A stretch of 64,000 bases of DNA from an uncultured Actinomycetes bacterium (lineage in GTDB: Bacteria > Actinomycetota > Thermoleophilia > UBA2241), in the NCBI GenBank assembly GCA_963767005.1, contig CAVYCN010000019.1, positions 96,001 to 160,000 of the forward strand, in the 5' to 3' direction. The position numbers and the translations under genes are program-made. This document shows positions 33,767 to 45,412 of this stretch, piece by piece. Under the pieces are notes generated by a model that was given only the letters and a program-made list of their open reading frames with translations, was not told the DNA's origin and ran no database searches. The stretch's first letter is position 1, and each line of letters opens with the position of its first letter.

Positions 33767-34681
33767 ATGGAGCGCACCAGCAAGTTCCCGCCCCTCGTGA
33801 TCACGGTGGCGGTCAACGGCGGCATCCAGGGCAAGGAGAGCCACCCGGCGCTGCCCGAGCTGCCCGAGGAGATCGCCGAGCAGGCTCACGAGGCCTACCA
33901 GGCCGGCGCTTCGGTCGTCCACATCCACGGCCGCGACCTCGCCGACTTCACCAACTGCACCGAAGATCCCGAGGTCTATCGCCAGATCAACGGCCTGGTG
34001 CGGGCGAAGTGCCCGCAGATCATCATCAACAACACGACCGGCGGCGGACCGACCACGACCATGGAGGCCCGCATCGCCTGTCTCGACGCACTGCCCGAGA
34101 TGGCCTCGCTCAACCTCGGCCCCGACATGGAGCGCTTCGAGCTGGCGGCCCGCAAGCCCCCGCTGCCCCACCCGCGCGAGGCCGTGCTGGTCGACATGTG
34201 CATGCCGTTCACCTACGGCTTCATCGACCGGCTCGCCACGGTGATGCTCGACAAGGGGATCAAGCCCGAGCTCGAGATGTACCACCCGGGCGAGTACTGG
34301 GTCAGCCGCGGCCTCATCGCGCGCGGGCTGATCAAGCCGCCCTACGCCCACCAGTTCGTCATGGGCGTGCAGACGTGCAGCTATCCGACCCCCTGGAACG
34401 TGCTGGAGATGCTGCGCGAGCTGCCCGACGATTCGCTCTTCACGGTCGCCAGCATCGGCAAGTTCCAGTGGCCGCTGGCCGCGCTCGGCATCATCCTCGG
34501 CGGCAACGTGCGGGTCGGCCTCGAGGATAACCTCTACCTGTCCCGCGGCGTGAAGCTCAAGGGCAACGGCGAGGCCGTCGAGAAGGTCGTGCGTCTGGCC
34601 CGCGAGCTCGGCCGCGAGGTCGCCACGCCGGCGCAGGCCCGCGAGATCTACGGCCTGTCCCCCACGCCGAGCACCTACTGA
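33767..34681 (+). CDS. Beta-keto acid cleavage enzyme (BKACE/DUF849, Kce-like)
   Basis: VITVAVNG, AGASVVHIHGR (HxH), TTGG, PEMASLN, KPELEMY, RVGLEDN. Confidence 0.9.
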   Translation: MERTSKFPPLVITVAVNGGIQGKESHPALPELPEEIAEQAHEAYQAGASVVHIHGRDLADFTNCTEDPEVYRQINGLVRAKCPQIIINNTTGGGPTTTMEARIACLDALPEMASLNLGPDMERFELAARKPPLPHPREAVLVDMCMPFTYGFIDRLATVMLDKGIKPELEMYHPGEYWVSRGLIARGLIKPPYAHQFVMGVQTCSYPTPWNVLEMLRELPDDSLFTVASIGKFQWPLAALGIILGGNVRVGLEDNLYLSRGVKLKGNGEAVEKVVRLARELGREVATPAQAREIYGLSPTPSTY

Positions 34682-34736
34682 GAGGTCACACGCGCGCGCA
34701 GGGCGCTCGCTCGAGATCACGAGAGGGAGACGGGGC

Positions 34737-35771
34737 ATGAAGGCGCTGGTCAAGACGAAGCCCGGGCCTGGGCTCGAGCTCATCGACGTAGCCGTCCCCG
34801 AGGTCGGTCGCGACGACGTGCTCATCCGCATCCTGAAGACGGCCATCTGCGGCACCGACGTGCACATCTACGAGTGGGACGAGTGGGCCCGGCGCACGGT
34901 GCCGGTGCCGCTGGTCGTCGGCCACGAGTTCGTCGGCGTGATCCACGAGCTGGGCAGCGACGTGCGCGGCCTGCAGCTCGGTGAGCTGGTCACCGGCGAG
35001 GGGCACATCGTGTGCGGTCACTGCCGCAACTGCCGGGCCGGCCGCCGCCACCTCTGCGTCAACACGATCAGCATCGGCGCGACCCGCGACGGCGCCTTCG
35101 CCGAGTACCTGGTGCTGCCGTCGTCGAACATCTGGGCCGCCGACCCCGCCATCCCGCTCGACGTGCTGGCGATCTGCGACCCGCTCGGCAACGCGGCCCA
35201 CACGGCCCTGTCGTTCGACCTCGTCGGCGAGGACGTGCTCATCACGGGCGCCGGCCCGGTCGGCTGCCTGGCCGCCGCGATCGTGCGCCACGTCGGCGCG
35301 CGGCACGTCGTCGTCTCCGACATCAACCCCGACCGTCTCGACCTGGCGAAGACGATGGGCGCGTCCCTCGTGCTCGACGCCCGCCGTCAGCAGCCGACGC
35401 GACGCCTTTGCGATGCTCGGCATGACCGAGGGCTTCGACGTCGGCCTCGAGATGTCGGGCAGCCCCGACGCGCTGCGCGGCATGCTCGCCGTCGATGTGC
35501 CACGGCGGGCGCATCGCGCCTGCTCGGATTCCTCGAGGGCGAGAGCGCGATCGACTGGGAGCGCGTCATCTTCGGCGGCCTCACGCTCAAGGGCATCTAC
35601 GGCCGCCAGATGTACGAGACCTGGTACAAGATGACGGCGATGCTGCAGAGCGGCCTCGACGTCTCCCCGGTCATCACCCACCGCTTCGCCTTCACGGAGT
35701 ACGAGACCGCTTTCGACATGATGCTGTCCGGTCGCTCCGGGAAGGTCATCCTCGACTGGGCGACCGCGTGA
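34737..35771 (+). CDS. tdh: L-threonine 3-dehydrogenase (compensating frameshifts ~35395-35520)
   Basis: [54 protein letters not shown]. Confidence 0.92.
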   Translation: MKALVKTKPGPGLELIDVAVPEVGRDDVLIRILKTAICGTDVHIYEWDEWARRTVPVPLVVGHEFVGVIHELGSDVRGLQLGELVTGEGHIVCGHCRNCRAGRRHLCVNTISIGATRDGAFAEYLVLPSSNIWAADPAIPLDVLAICDPLGNAAHTALSFDLVGEDVLITGAGPVGCLAAAIVRHVGARHVVVSDINPDRLDLAKTMGASLVLDARRQQPTRRLCDARHDRGLRRRPRDVGQPRRAARHARRRCATAGASRLLGFLEGESAIDWERVIFGGLTLKGIYGRQMYETWYKMTAMLQSGLDVSPVITHRFAFTEYETAFDMMLSGRSGKVILDWATA

Positions 35772-35800
35772 ACGCCGCCCTCCGCGCCTAGGAGCACGCC

Positions 35801-36999
<1,199 letters not shown>

Positions 37000-37003
<4 letters not shown>

Positions 37004-38198
37004 GGCTCGCCGAACGAGTCTCCCGCCTGGGCACCGAGACCGCCTTTGCCGTCTCGGCCGAGGCGGCCGCCTACGCCGCCGCCGGCCACACGGTCTACCC
37101 GTTCCACATCGGCGACATGAACCTGGCGACGCCCGCCAACATCCAGGAGGCGGCCCTGCGCGCCATGCGCGACGGCAAGACCGGTTACTGCCCGAACGGC
37201 GGCATCGCGCCGCTGCGCGAGGCGCTGGCCGCCGAGGTCTCGCGCACCCACGGCGTCACCTACGGCGCCGACAACGTGGCCGTGCAGCCGGGCGGCAAGC
37301 CGGTCATCGAGAAGTTCCTGCTGAACCTGGTCGACCCCGGCGAAGAGGTGCTGTACCCCAGCCCCGGCTTTCCCATCTACGAGTCGCAGATCGAGTTTCT
37401 CGGCGCCCGGGCCGTGCCCTACGGCTTCCGGCCCGGCCCCGACAACTTCCTGCTCGACTTCGCCGCCATCGAGCGCGCCGTCACAGCGCGCACCCGCGCC
37501 ATCATCGTCAACGACCTGCACAACCCGACCGGCGCGGTCAGCCCGCGCGGCGAGCTCGAGGCGCTCGCGGATCTCTGCCTGCGGCACGACCTCGCGGTCC
37601 TTGCCGACGAGGCCTACTGGGACATCCGCTACTCGGGCGAGCCGCTCTCGATCGCCGCCCTGCCGGGTATGGCGGAGCGCACGGTCATCCTCTACACCTT
37701 CTCCAAGAAGTTCGCCATGACCGGATGGCGTCTGGGCGCCGCCATCGGCCCGCAGCGACGTGATCGCGGCGATCGCCACGCTCAACGTCAACCAGGAAAG
37801 CTGCACCAACCACTTCGTCCAGCACGCCGGGGTCGAGGCCCTGACCGGCGACCAGTCGGGCGCGGCCCACATTCTACAGACGCTGCGCCGAGCGCCGCGA
37901 CGTGGCGGTCGCCGCGCTCAACGCGATCCCCGGCGTGACCTGCTACTCGCCCGACGCCACGTTCTACCTGTTCCCCGACGTCACCGAGCTGATGGAGCGG
38001 GTCGGCGCGGCGAGCTACGACGAGTTCCGTCTCGCTGCCCTGCGCAGCACGGGCTGCTCGTTCTGCACGCGCCTGCACTTCGGCCGCGCGCTCCCCGGCG
38101 AGACACGGCGCTACGTGCGCATCGCCTACTCGGGCATCGACGCCGACCAGATCGAGGAGGGGCTCGGCCGTCTCCGAGACTGGGCGGCCAGAGGCTGA
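37000..38198 (+). CDS. Class I/II PLP aminotransferase (frameshifted)
   Basis: [45 protein letters not shown]. Confidence 0.88.
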
Positions 38199-38217
38199 CC
38201 GACACGATCACTGAGCT

Positions 38218-38456
38218 GTCGCGCCGGCTCGTCTCGTCTGGCGCTGCCCCCAGCGCCCAGAGAGCCGGCGTGGCCCAAGGGAGGTCCCGGCGTCACGGCC
38301 TTCCTGGTGGGGGAAGCGGCCACGCCCGCCAAGGGCGAGGCCGCTTTCCCCTCACTGCCACCCTTGTCCGCCTCGTCCCACGAACGGGCGCCCCGACGAG
38401 CCGCCTCGTGTCGCAGGCGCCGGACCGCGCCGCGCGCGGCCCTTGCCGCGCGGCGC
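38218..38456. terminator. Cluster of three GC-rich hairpins between convergent genes
   Basis: GCGCCGGCTC..GAGCCGGCGT; GGGGAAGCGGCC..GGCCGCTTTCCCC; GCGCGGC-CCTT-GCCGCGC; no U tract. Confidence 0.4.
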
Positions 38457-38464
38457 CCCGACCT

Positions 38465-41158
38465 CTAGCGCGAGACCAAACGACGTACCTCGGCGGCCGT
38501 GGCAACCCTGAGGGCGCGCGCGGCCAGGCGGCGGGCGCCGGCGCGGCCGGCGCGGCGCACCGCCTGCTTGGCGAGCGCCATGCGCGCCGGCGCCATCGAC
38601 AGGGCGTCGACGCCCAGGCCGAGCAGCAGCGGGACGGCCTGCGGGTCGCCGGCGATCTCGCCGCAGACCGCGACCGGCCGGCCGGCGCCGGCCGCCGCCC
38701 GCGTCACCTCCGCGATCAGGCGCAGCACGGCCGGGTGCAGGGCGTCGCCGAGGCCGGCGACCGCGGCGTTGCCGCGCTCCGCGGCCAGGACGTACTGGGT
38801 GAGGTCGTTGGTGCCGATCGAGAAGAAGTCGACGTGCGGCGCGAAGGCCGCGGCGAGCAGGGCGGCGGCCGGTACCTCGATCATCACGCCGACCTCGAGG
38901 CGGAGCGGCACGGCGACGGCGGCGGCCGCTAGATCGGCGCGCGCCTCCTCTACGAGCGCGCGCACGCGCAACACCTCGTCGACGCCGGTGACCATGGGCA
39001 GTAGCAGTCGTAGCGGATGGTCGGCGGCCACACGCAACGCGGCGCGCAGCTGACCGGTCAGCAGCTCGGGCCGGCGCAGGCCGAGACGGACGCCGCGCAA
39101 CCCCAGGAACGGGTTGTCCTCGTGAGCGGCGGGCAGGTACGGCAGCGACTTGTCGGCGCCCGCGTCGAGCGTGCGCAGCACGAGCGGGCGCCCGCCGAGG
39201 GCGGCGGCGATGGCCCGGTAGGCGCGCTCCTGCTCGTCCTCGGTCGGCAGGTGGTCGGCACGCAGGAAGAGGAACTCGGTCCGCAGCAGGCCGACGCCGT
39301 CGGCGCCGGCCGCCAGGGCCGCGGCGACCTCGCCGGGCTCACCCAGGTTGGCTTCGACCGGCACGGTCAGGCCGTCGCGCGTGACGGCCGGCTCGGCGGC
39401 GCGTGCGGTGGCGGCTGCCGCGGCGGCGGCGCGCCGCGAGCGGCGCGCCGCCGCCGCGCGCCAGACCGCCGCCGGCGGATCGACCGTGAGCGTGCCCGCG
39501 TCGCCGTCGAGCACGACCGGCGTGCCGTTCGCCACCGCGAGCAGCGCCGGCCCGCAGCCCATCACGGCCGGCACGCCGAGCGCCCGGGCGAGGATCGCGC
39601 CGTGCGAGGTGGGCCCGCCGCCGGCGCAGGCCACGCCGAGCACGTCGTCGCCCAGCGCCGCCGCCTGCGCCGGCGAGAGGTCGGGCGCGAGCACGACGAC
39701 GGCGCGCGACCGACCAGCCGGCTCGCTGCCGCGGCCGCTGGGCTCGCCGCCCGGCGTCTCGCCCAGGTGACGCAGGACCTGGCCGGCGACCTGCCGCAGG
39801 TCGGCGCCGCGGGCGCGCAGGTAGGGGTCGTCGAGCGCGTCCCACGCGGCGGCGGCCTGGGCGGCGGCCGCCGCCCAGGCCGCCGCCGCGCCCGTACCCT
39901 CGCCGAGCACGGCGGCCCGCGCCGGGCCGAGCAGCGCCTCGTCGTCGAGCAGCAGCAGGTGAGCGTCGAAGATCGCGCCGTGCGCCGCGCCGGCGCGCGC
40001 GGCGACCGACTCGCGGGCGCCGCGCAGCTCGGCGCGCGTCGCGGCCAGCGCCGCCTGCAGACGGTCCCACTCGGCGCGCGGGTCGCCCACGCTCGAGGCG
40101 CTGGCCGGTGCCTCGAGCGTGGGCGCGGCGAGCCACCGCGCCGGGCCGATGGCGACACCCGGGGCTGCGGGAAGACCCTGCAGCACCTTGCCGCGCTCCG
40201 GAGGCGACGCGGCGCCCGGCTCGAGCGGCGCCGCGGTCCCCAGGTCCGAAGCCGGCGCGACCCCCGGTTCAGACGACGCGGGCGCGTCCGGCCCCGGAGC
40301 CCCCGTGCTCGGGCCCACGGCCGGCCCCCGGGGCGGCCCTCCGGGCGCGCCGGCCACGCGATCGCCGAAGTCGTCGTCGGCCAGGGCGCGCAGGGCCGCC
40401 AGGGCGACGGCCGCCTCGACGCCGCGCGCCCGCAGCACGAGCTCGTGACCGCGCGAGGCGCCGAGTGTCGCCACCGCGCTCAGGCTGCGCGCGCTGACGG
40501 GCCCGCGGCCGGCGGTGACGTCCTCGACGGTCACGTCGGCGTCGAAGCCGGCCGCCGTGCGCACGAGGCGGGCGACCGGCCGCGCGTGCAGGCCGAGCGG
40601 ACTGTGTACGACGATCCGCAGTGCCTGCTCCCCTTCAGGCTCCTTGTCGCCGGCCGGCGTGCCGGCTCCCGCAGCACCCGCGTCCCGTCCCCGAGGGCCG
40701 CCCGACGGAGCCGTCGGGCCCGCGGTCGGCGCGTCGCCGGCCGGCACGACGGGCGCGAGCTGGGCCGTCTTGCCGGCCAGACCGGCGGCGGCCTCGGCCG
40801 CGACGGCCACGAGCGAGCCGCCGGCCGCCGCCGCCACGGCGGCCGCCACGGCCCCCTCGACAAGCGGCGCAGCGCTGAGCAGCACCTTGGCGCGCCGGCG
40901 CTCGTCGAGCAGCTCGAGGGCGAGCTCGGCCGACAGCACGGCGCTGCCCAGGTCCATGAGCACGAGCACGCCGTCGTCGGACCAGGCCGCGTCGATCGCG
41001 CGGGCCACGAGCGCCGCGTCGGTGCCGAGCGGCCGTTCGGGCAGGTCGAGGCCGCCGGCCGCCGCGATGCGCAGGTCGGGGCCGGCCATCTGCGCGGCGA
41101 GCTCGGCGGCGCCCTCGGCGAGCCGGGCGCTGTGGCTCACCAGGACGAGGCCGATCAC
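38465..41158 (-). CDS. dhaM: Multidomain PTS phosphotransfer protein: DhaM(EIIA) + HPr + full Enzyme I
   Basis: IGLVLVSHS, MDLGSA (DhaM); GLHARP (HPr); PTSHGAILAR, GLLRTEFLF, IGTNDLTQY, CGE (EI). Confidence 0.9.
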   Translation of the reverse strand: MIGLVLVSHSARLAEGAAELAAQMAGPDLRIAAAGGLDLPERPLGTDAALVARAIDAAWSDDGVLVLMDLGSAVLSAELALELLDERRRAKVLLSAAPLVEGAVAAAVAAAAGGSLVAVAAEAAAGLAGKTAQLAPVVPAGDAPTAGPTAPSGGPRGRDAGAAGAGTPAGDKEPEGEQALRIVVHSPLGLHARPVARLVRTAAGFDADVTVEDVTAGRGPVSARSLSAVATLGASRGHELVLRARGVEAAVALAALRALADDDFGDRVAGAPGGPPRGPAVGPSTGAPGPDAPASSEPGVAPASDLGTAAPLEPGAASPPERGKVLQGLPAAPGVAIGPARWLAAPTLEAPASASSVGDPRAEWDRLQAALAATRAELRGARESVAARAGAAHGAIFDAHLLLLDDEALLGPARAAVLGEGTGAAAAWAAAAAQAAAAWDALDDPYLRARGADLRQVAGQVLRHLGETPGGEPSGRGSEPAGRSRAVVVLAPDLSPAQAAALGDDVLGVACAGGGPTSHGAILARALGVPAVMGCGPALLAVANGTPVVLDGDAGTLTVDPPAAVWRAAAARRSRRAAAAAAATARAAEPAVTRDGLTVPVEANLGEPGEVAAALAAGADGVGLLRTEFLFLRADHLPTEDEQERAYRAIAAALGGRPLVLRTLDAGADKSLPYLPAAHEDNPFLGLRGVRLGLRRPELLTGQLRAALRVAADHPLRLLLPMVTGVDEVLRVRALVEEARADLAAAAVAVPLRLEVGVMIEVPAAALLAAAFAPHVDFFSIGTNDLTQYVLAAERGNAAVAGLGDALHPAVLRLIAEVTRAAAGAGRPVAVCGEIAGDPQAVPLLLGLGVDALSMAPARMALAKQAVRRAGRAGARRLAARALRVATAAEVRRLVSR

Positions 41159-41802
41159 GGCGACTCGGGCAGCAGCGCCGCGGCCGCCCGCAGCAAGAGC
41201 CACGACGACGTCGCGCCGGGGTCCTGCGTGCCGGCGCTGCGCTCGCCCAGGTAGCTCGCCCTGCCCTTGCGGGCCACGAGCGGCACGGTCGCCAGCATGC
41301 CGCGCTCGGCGCCGGAGGCCGTCGCGCGCAGGGCCGCGCGCCCGGGCAGGCCGGCGGTGACAGCGTCCTGGAGCGCCTCGACCGCCGGCAGCAGGGCGTC
41401 GACCATGGTCTTGTCGCCGGCCTCGGCCTTGCCGCGCTCGCGCACGCCGGCCACACCGGCCGCGAGCGCAGTCGCAAGCCCGGCGACATCGAGCTCCTCG
41501 GCGGCGCCGGCGGCCGTCGCCATCCGCAGGAACAGCGTGCCGTAGAGCGGTCCCGCGGCACCGCCGACCGTCGACACGAGCGTCATGCCGACCGTCTTGA
41601 GCAACGCGCCGACGCCCCCCGCGGCGTCCGCCGCGGCGAGCTTGACCAGCACGGCCTGCATGCCGCGGTCCATGTTGATGCCGTGGTCGGCGTCGCCGAT
41701 CGCGGCGTCGAGCGCGGTGAGCTCGTCGCGGTGCTCGGCCACGGCGGCTGCGAAGGCCCGTATCCAGGCCGCGACGGCGGCCGCGTCGATCGTCTCGCTC
41801 AC
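41155..41802 (-). CDS. dhaL: Dihydroxyacetone kinase ADP-binding subunit
   Basis: LDAAIGDADHG.NM.RG, GGAAGPLYG, GDKTMVDAL, KGRASYLGERS, DPGATS. Confidence 0.95.
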   Translation of the reverse strand: MSETIDAAAVAAWIRAFAAAVAEHRDELTALDAAIGDADHGINMDRGMQAVLVKLAAADAAGGVGALLKTVGMTLVSTVGGAAGPLYGTLFLRMATAAGAAEELDVAGLATALAAGVAGVRERGKAEAGDKTMVDALLPAVEALQDAVTAGLPGRAALRATASGAERGMLATVPLVARKGRASYLGERSAGTQDPGATSSWLLLRAAAALLPESP

Positions 41803-41911
41803 GTGCCCGGCCCCCGACCTGTGAGCCGCCGCAGACCCGTCGTCCGACCGCGGATCACGCGTACCGCCGCCGCCCCGCGAACGGTCGCGAGCGGCCTTGC
41901 CCGACCGCCCA

Positions 41912-42913
41912 TCACGCGCCCCACCGCAGGCCGGGGGTCGCGACCGGCGCGTCCCAGAGCTCGGTGAGCTCGTCGTCGAGGCGCAGCAGGGTGACCGAGC
42001 AGCCCGCCATGTCGAGCGCCGTCATGTACGGGCCGACGAGGTTGCGCGCGATCACGAGGCCGCGCTCGGCGAGCAGCCGGTCGAGCTCGCGATAGACGAC
42101 GTAGAGCTCCATGAGCGGGGTCGCGCCGAGGCCGTTGACGAAGGCCAGCACGCGGTCGCCGGAGCGAAACGGCAGATCGTCGAGGACGGCCGCGGCGAGC
42201 TCGGCGACGACGGCGGCGGCCGGCTGCGCCGGCCGCCGCTCCCGCCCCGGCTCGCCGTGGATGCCCACGCCGAGCTCGATCTCGCCGGGCCCCAGGTCGA
42301 ACGTCGGCGCGCCGACCATCGGCACCGTGCACGAGGTGAGCGCGACGCCCATGCTGCGCGCCGCGGCGTTGACGCGCCGGCAGAGGGCGGCGACCTCGCT
42401 CAGGCTGCGCCCGCGCTCGGCCGCCGCCCCGCAGATCTTCTCGGCCAGCACCGTGGCGCCCACGCCGCGGCGGCCGGCGGTGTGCAGGCTGTCCCGCACG
42501 GCCACGTCGTCGTCGATCACCACCGACTCGACCTGCCGGCCCGCGTCGCGGGCGAGCTCGGCGGCCATCTCGAAGTTCATCACGTCGCCCGTGTAGTTCT
42601 TGACGATGAGCAGCGCGCCGGCGCCGCCGTCGACCGCCTCGACGGCGGCCAGCACCTGGTCGGGCGTGGGCGAGGTGAAGACCTGGCCCGGGCAGGCGGC
42701 GTCGAGCATGCCCGGGCCGACGAAGCCGGCGTGCATCGGCTCGTGGCCCGAGCCGCCGCCCGAGACGAGCGCCACCTTGCCGGCCACCGGCGCGTCGGAG
42801 CGCACGACGAAGTCGGGTGCGTACTGCACGCGCAGCCTGTCGCGATGGGCGGCGGCGAGGCCCTCGAGCGCCTCGCGCACGACATCCTCGGGCCGGTTGA
42901 TGAGCTTCTTCAT
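41912..42913 (-). CDS. dhaK: Dihydroxyacetone kinase substrate-binding subunit
   Basis: [38 protein letters not shown]. Confidence 0.95.
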   Translation of the reverse strand: MKKLINRPEDVVREALEGLAAAHRDRLRVQYAPDFVVRSDAPVAGKVALVSGGGSGHEPMHAGFVGPGMLDAACPGQVFTSPTPDQVLAAVEAVDGGAGALLIVKNYTGDVMNFEMAAELARDAGRQVESVVIDDDVAVRDSLHTAGRRGVGATVLAEKICGAAAERGRSLSEVAALCRRVNAAARSMGVALTSCTVPMVGAPTFDLGPGEIELGVGIHGEPGRERRPAQPAAAVVAELAAAVLDDLPFRSGDRVLAFVNGLGATPLMELYVVYRELDRLLAERGLVIARNLVGPYMTALDMAGCSVTLLRLDDELTELWDAPVATPGLRWGA

Positions 42914-43029
42914 CGCGACTCTCCTGTCGACGGCCGCGCGCGCGGCGGCGGGCGCATGCGCAGCACGCGCCCGCCTGTCGGTTTACTTGGAAGCGCGGTC
43001 CGCCGTCAAGAAGGGACGCGGCCGCGGAG

Positions 43030-45196
43030 TCAGCCGCGGATGAAGACTCCGGGTGGGCGCCTGAACCGGGAGCTCGGCATGTCCGTCGTGCGCTCGGCCG
43101 GGAACGGGCGCGGCATGTCGGGATCCCACTTCGTGAAGAGCCGCAGCCGGCGCCGCTCGGCCCAGGGGCCGACGAACAGCAGCAGGGCGACGCCGACCGC
43201 GCCGCCCGACGCCGGCAGGAGCGGCAGGCCCAGGCCGTGCGGCGTGCTCCCGCCGCCCTCGCCGCCGCCCGCTCGTCCGGAGGCCTTGAACGCGTAGCCC
43301 GACACGGTCTGTGCCGAGTTCCCGGCGGCGCCGGAGCCCGCGACCGCGGCCGGCGAGCTGCGCCGCCGGTGCCGCCGGCGCCGGTGACGGAGCCGTTGGT
43401 GTCGGTCGAGCCGCTGCCACGCCGCTGCCCGTGCCTTGGCCGGACCCGCTGCCGGTGCCGCCCCCCACGCCGCCGCCCGTGCCCGAGCCGCCGCCGGCGC
43501 CTGGGTCGTTGCCGCTCGCCGTGCCGTTGCTGTTCTTGCGGTCGCCGCTCGCGCCACCGCCGCCCGAGCCGCTCGACTTGCTCGGCGTAGGGCTCATACG
43601 CCGTGGTGAGCGATCGCAGCTCGGGAGCGAAGGCGCCACCGGCCGAGAATGAGATGATGTAGGCGATGCTCTTGCCGACCGTGAGGGGTGGGAACTCGAT
43701 GGTCTCGACCACGGACCCGGCCACCGTGCCCGGCCCGACGCGAAACGACGTCTTCAGCGTTCAGGAAGCTCCCACCGTCGATGGTGTACGACACGCTGAC
43801 GTTGCTGGTCGGGACGGGCCCGAGCACGCACCGTACGCTCAGCAACTGCTTGCGGCCGGCGCGACCCAGATCGGAGCCCGGCCAGCCGCACCGATCCGCG
43901 CTACCTACCGTCCCGATCGTGACTACCCTCTGCTCGCCGGGATCTGCGACCACAAGGCTCCCGGCATTCGTGTCGCTCGATGGGCGCGACCTGCGACAGC
44001 GACGCCGGCGACGAGAGCGAGGCCGTGAACCCCGTGGACAGCGCCGAGCCGGTGACGAAGTCGGCGAACACGCGATGCCCGGCAGGCGGGTCGTTCGCGC
44101 CGGTCGCCACGCCGAGCACGCGAGGGTATCGCAAGCCGGCGTCGGCGATCCAGATCACGCCGTCGCCGCCGAAGCTGCCGAGCGCACAGGTCGGAGCTTG
44201 CAGCGTGTAGCCACCCGAGCTCGAGAACCGCCACGCGACGCTCGCCGCGCTGAAGCCACCGTTCTGCGCCGAGGCGTCGTAGTCGGCCGCGCGCACGACG
44301 ATCACCCGCGCCGCCTGCCGGTCACAGATCAGCATGTCGCCGTGTGCCGCGTCGAGCCGCTGGACCGACGTCGGGGTCTCGAGCTGATCGGCTCCGCAAT
44401 GCCCGACGCGCCGCTGCCGTACTGCCACACGATGCTCAGCGCGCTGAAGCCGGCGTCGGAGCCGGCACCCGTGTAATCGGCCGCGCGCACCACGATCACG
44501 CGGTGATTGGCGGTGTCGCAGATCGCGACGTTGCCGTAGCGCGTGAAGTCGCTCCCGGTCGCACCCGCTATGGGCAGCCACTCCGCCGACGTCGGCGAGT
44601 CGAGGTGGTCCACGCCACTGCCGGGCAGATCGGTGGAGCCGTACTGCCACACCACCTGGTCGCTTGCGCTCGCATCGATGATGAAGATCCGGTCTGCGCC
44701 CTCATCGCAGATCAGGACGAGCCCGTCGCGGACATCGCCGCCCGAGGCCGTCACGCTGCCCCCGGTGAGCGAGCGCGCCGACACCGGCGCGCTCGCACTG
44801 CCGGGGACCCTGTACGACCAGACGAGCGAACCGCTGGGGGAGAACTCCGCGACCAGATGGTTCGCCGGATCGGCGACCAGCATGTCGCCGCCGCTCAGCG
44901 CCTGAGCGCTGACGGGGTCGGGCTGCGCAACGCCGAGCTGCTCGATAGCCGGGGGAGGTGGCACCGATCGCCGCGAGCTCGCCGATCGTGGCGGCGAGGC
45001 CGCCGCCGCTCAGCTTGACGACGCCGTTGTCCTTGACGACCTGGAACGGCTTGCCGCCCGCGCCCTGCTTGAAGGCCACCGGGGCTGCCGCCGAGGCGAC
45101 GGTGGGCACCGTCGCGACGACCACGGCCCCGATGGCCAGGCAGAGCGCGGCGGCGCCGATCGTGTGACGCATCACGGGTCCGAAGTACCCCCCCAT
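43030..45196 (-). CDS. Secreted/cell-surface beta-propeller (NHL/PQQ-like repeat) protein with Gly-rich linker and C-terminal membrane anchor (frameshifted; boundaries approximate)
   Basis: Signal peptide (AAALCLAIGAVVV..ASA), repeated GDMLV/I.D...RVIVVRAADY and V/IVWQYG units, GGGSG tract, LLPASGGAVGVALLLFVG..RRRLR. Confidence 0.55.
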
Positions 45197-45225
45197 TCTC
45201 AGGCGCAGCGGGATTTCGCGCCGAC

Positions 45226-45258
45226 GTGACAGTGCGCTGTATTTCTAATAGTATAACG
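45226..45258 (+). promoter_or_regulatory. modA1 promoter overlapped by a ModE-like box
   Basis: GTGACA-17 nt-TAGTAT; CGCTGTAT-N8-GTATAACG at 45235-45258. Confidence 0.65.
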
Positions 45259-45412
45259 CCCTGCCGACTCCCAAAGCCGAGGCCGGCACGGCCGGTCGCA
45301 CGGGTCGTGTCCGCTCAGTGGACAGAGCGACGAGCCACGCCGCGAGGGAAGCGAGCAGGGGCCGCTCCACGAGGAGCGACCTGGACAGTGGTCACGCAAG
45401 GAGGGGACTCAC

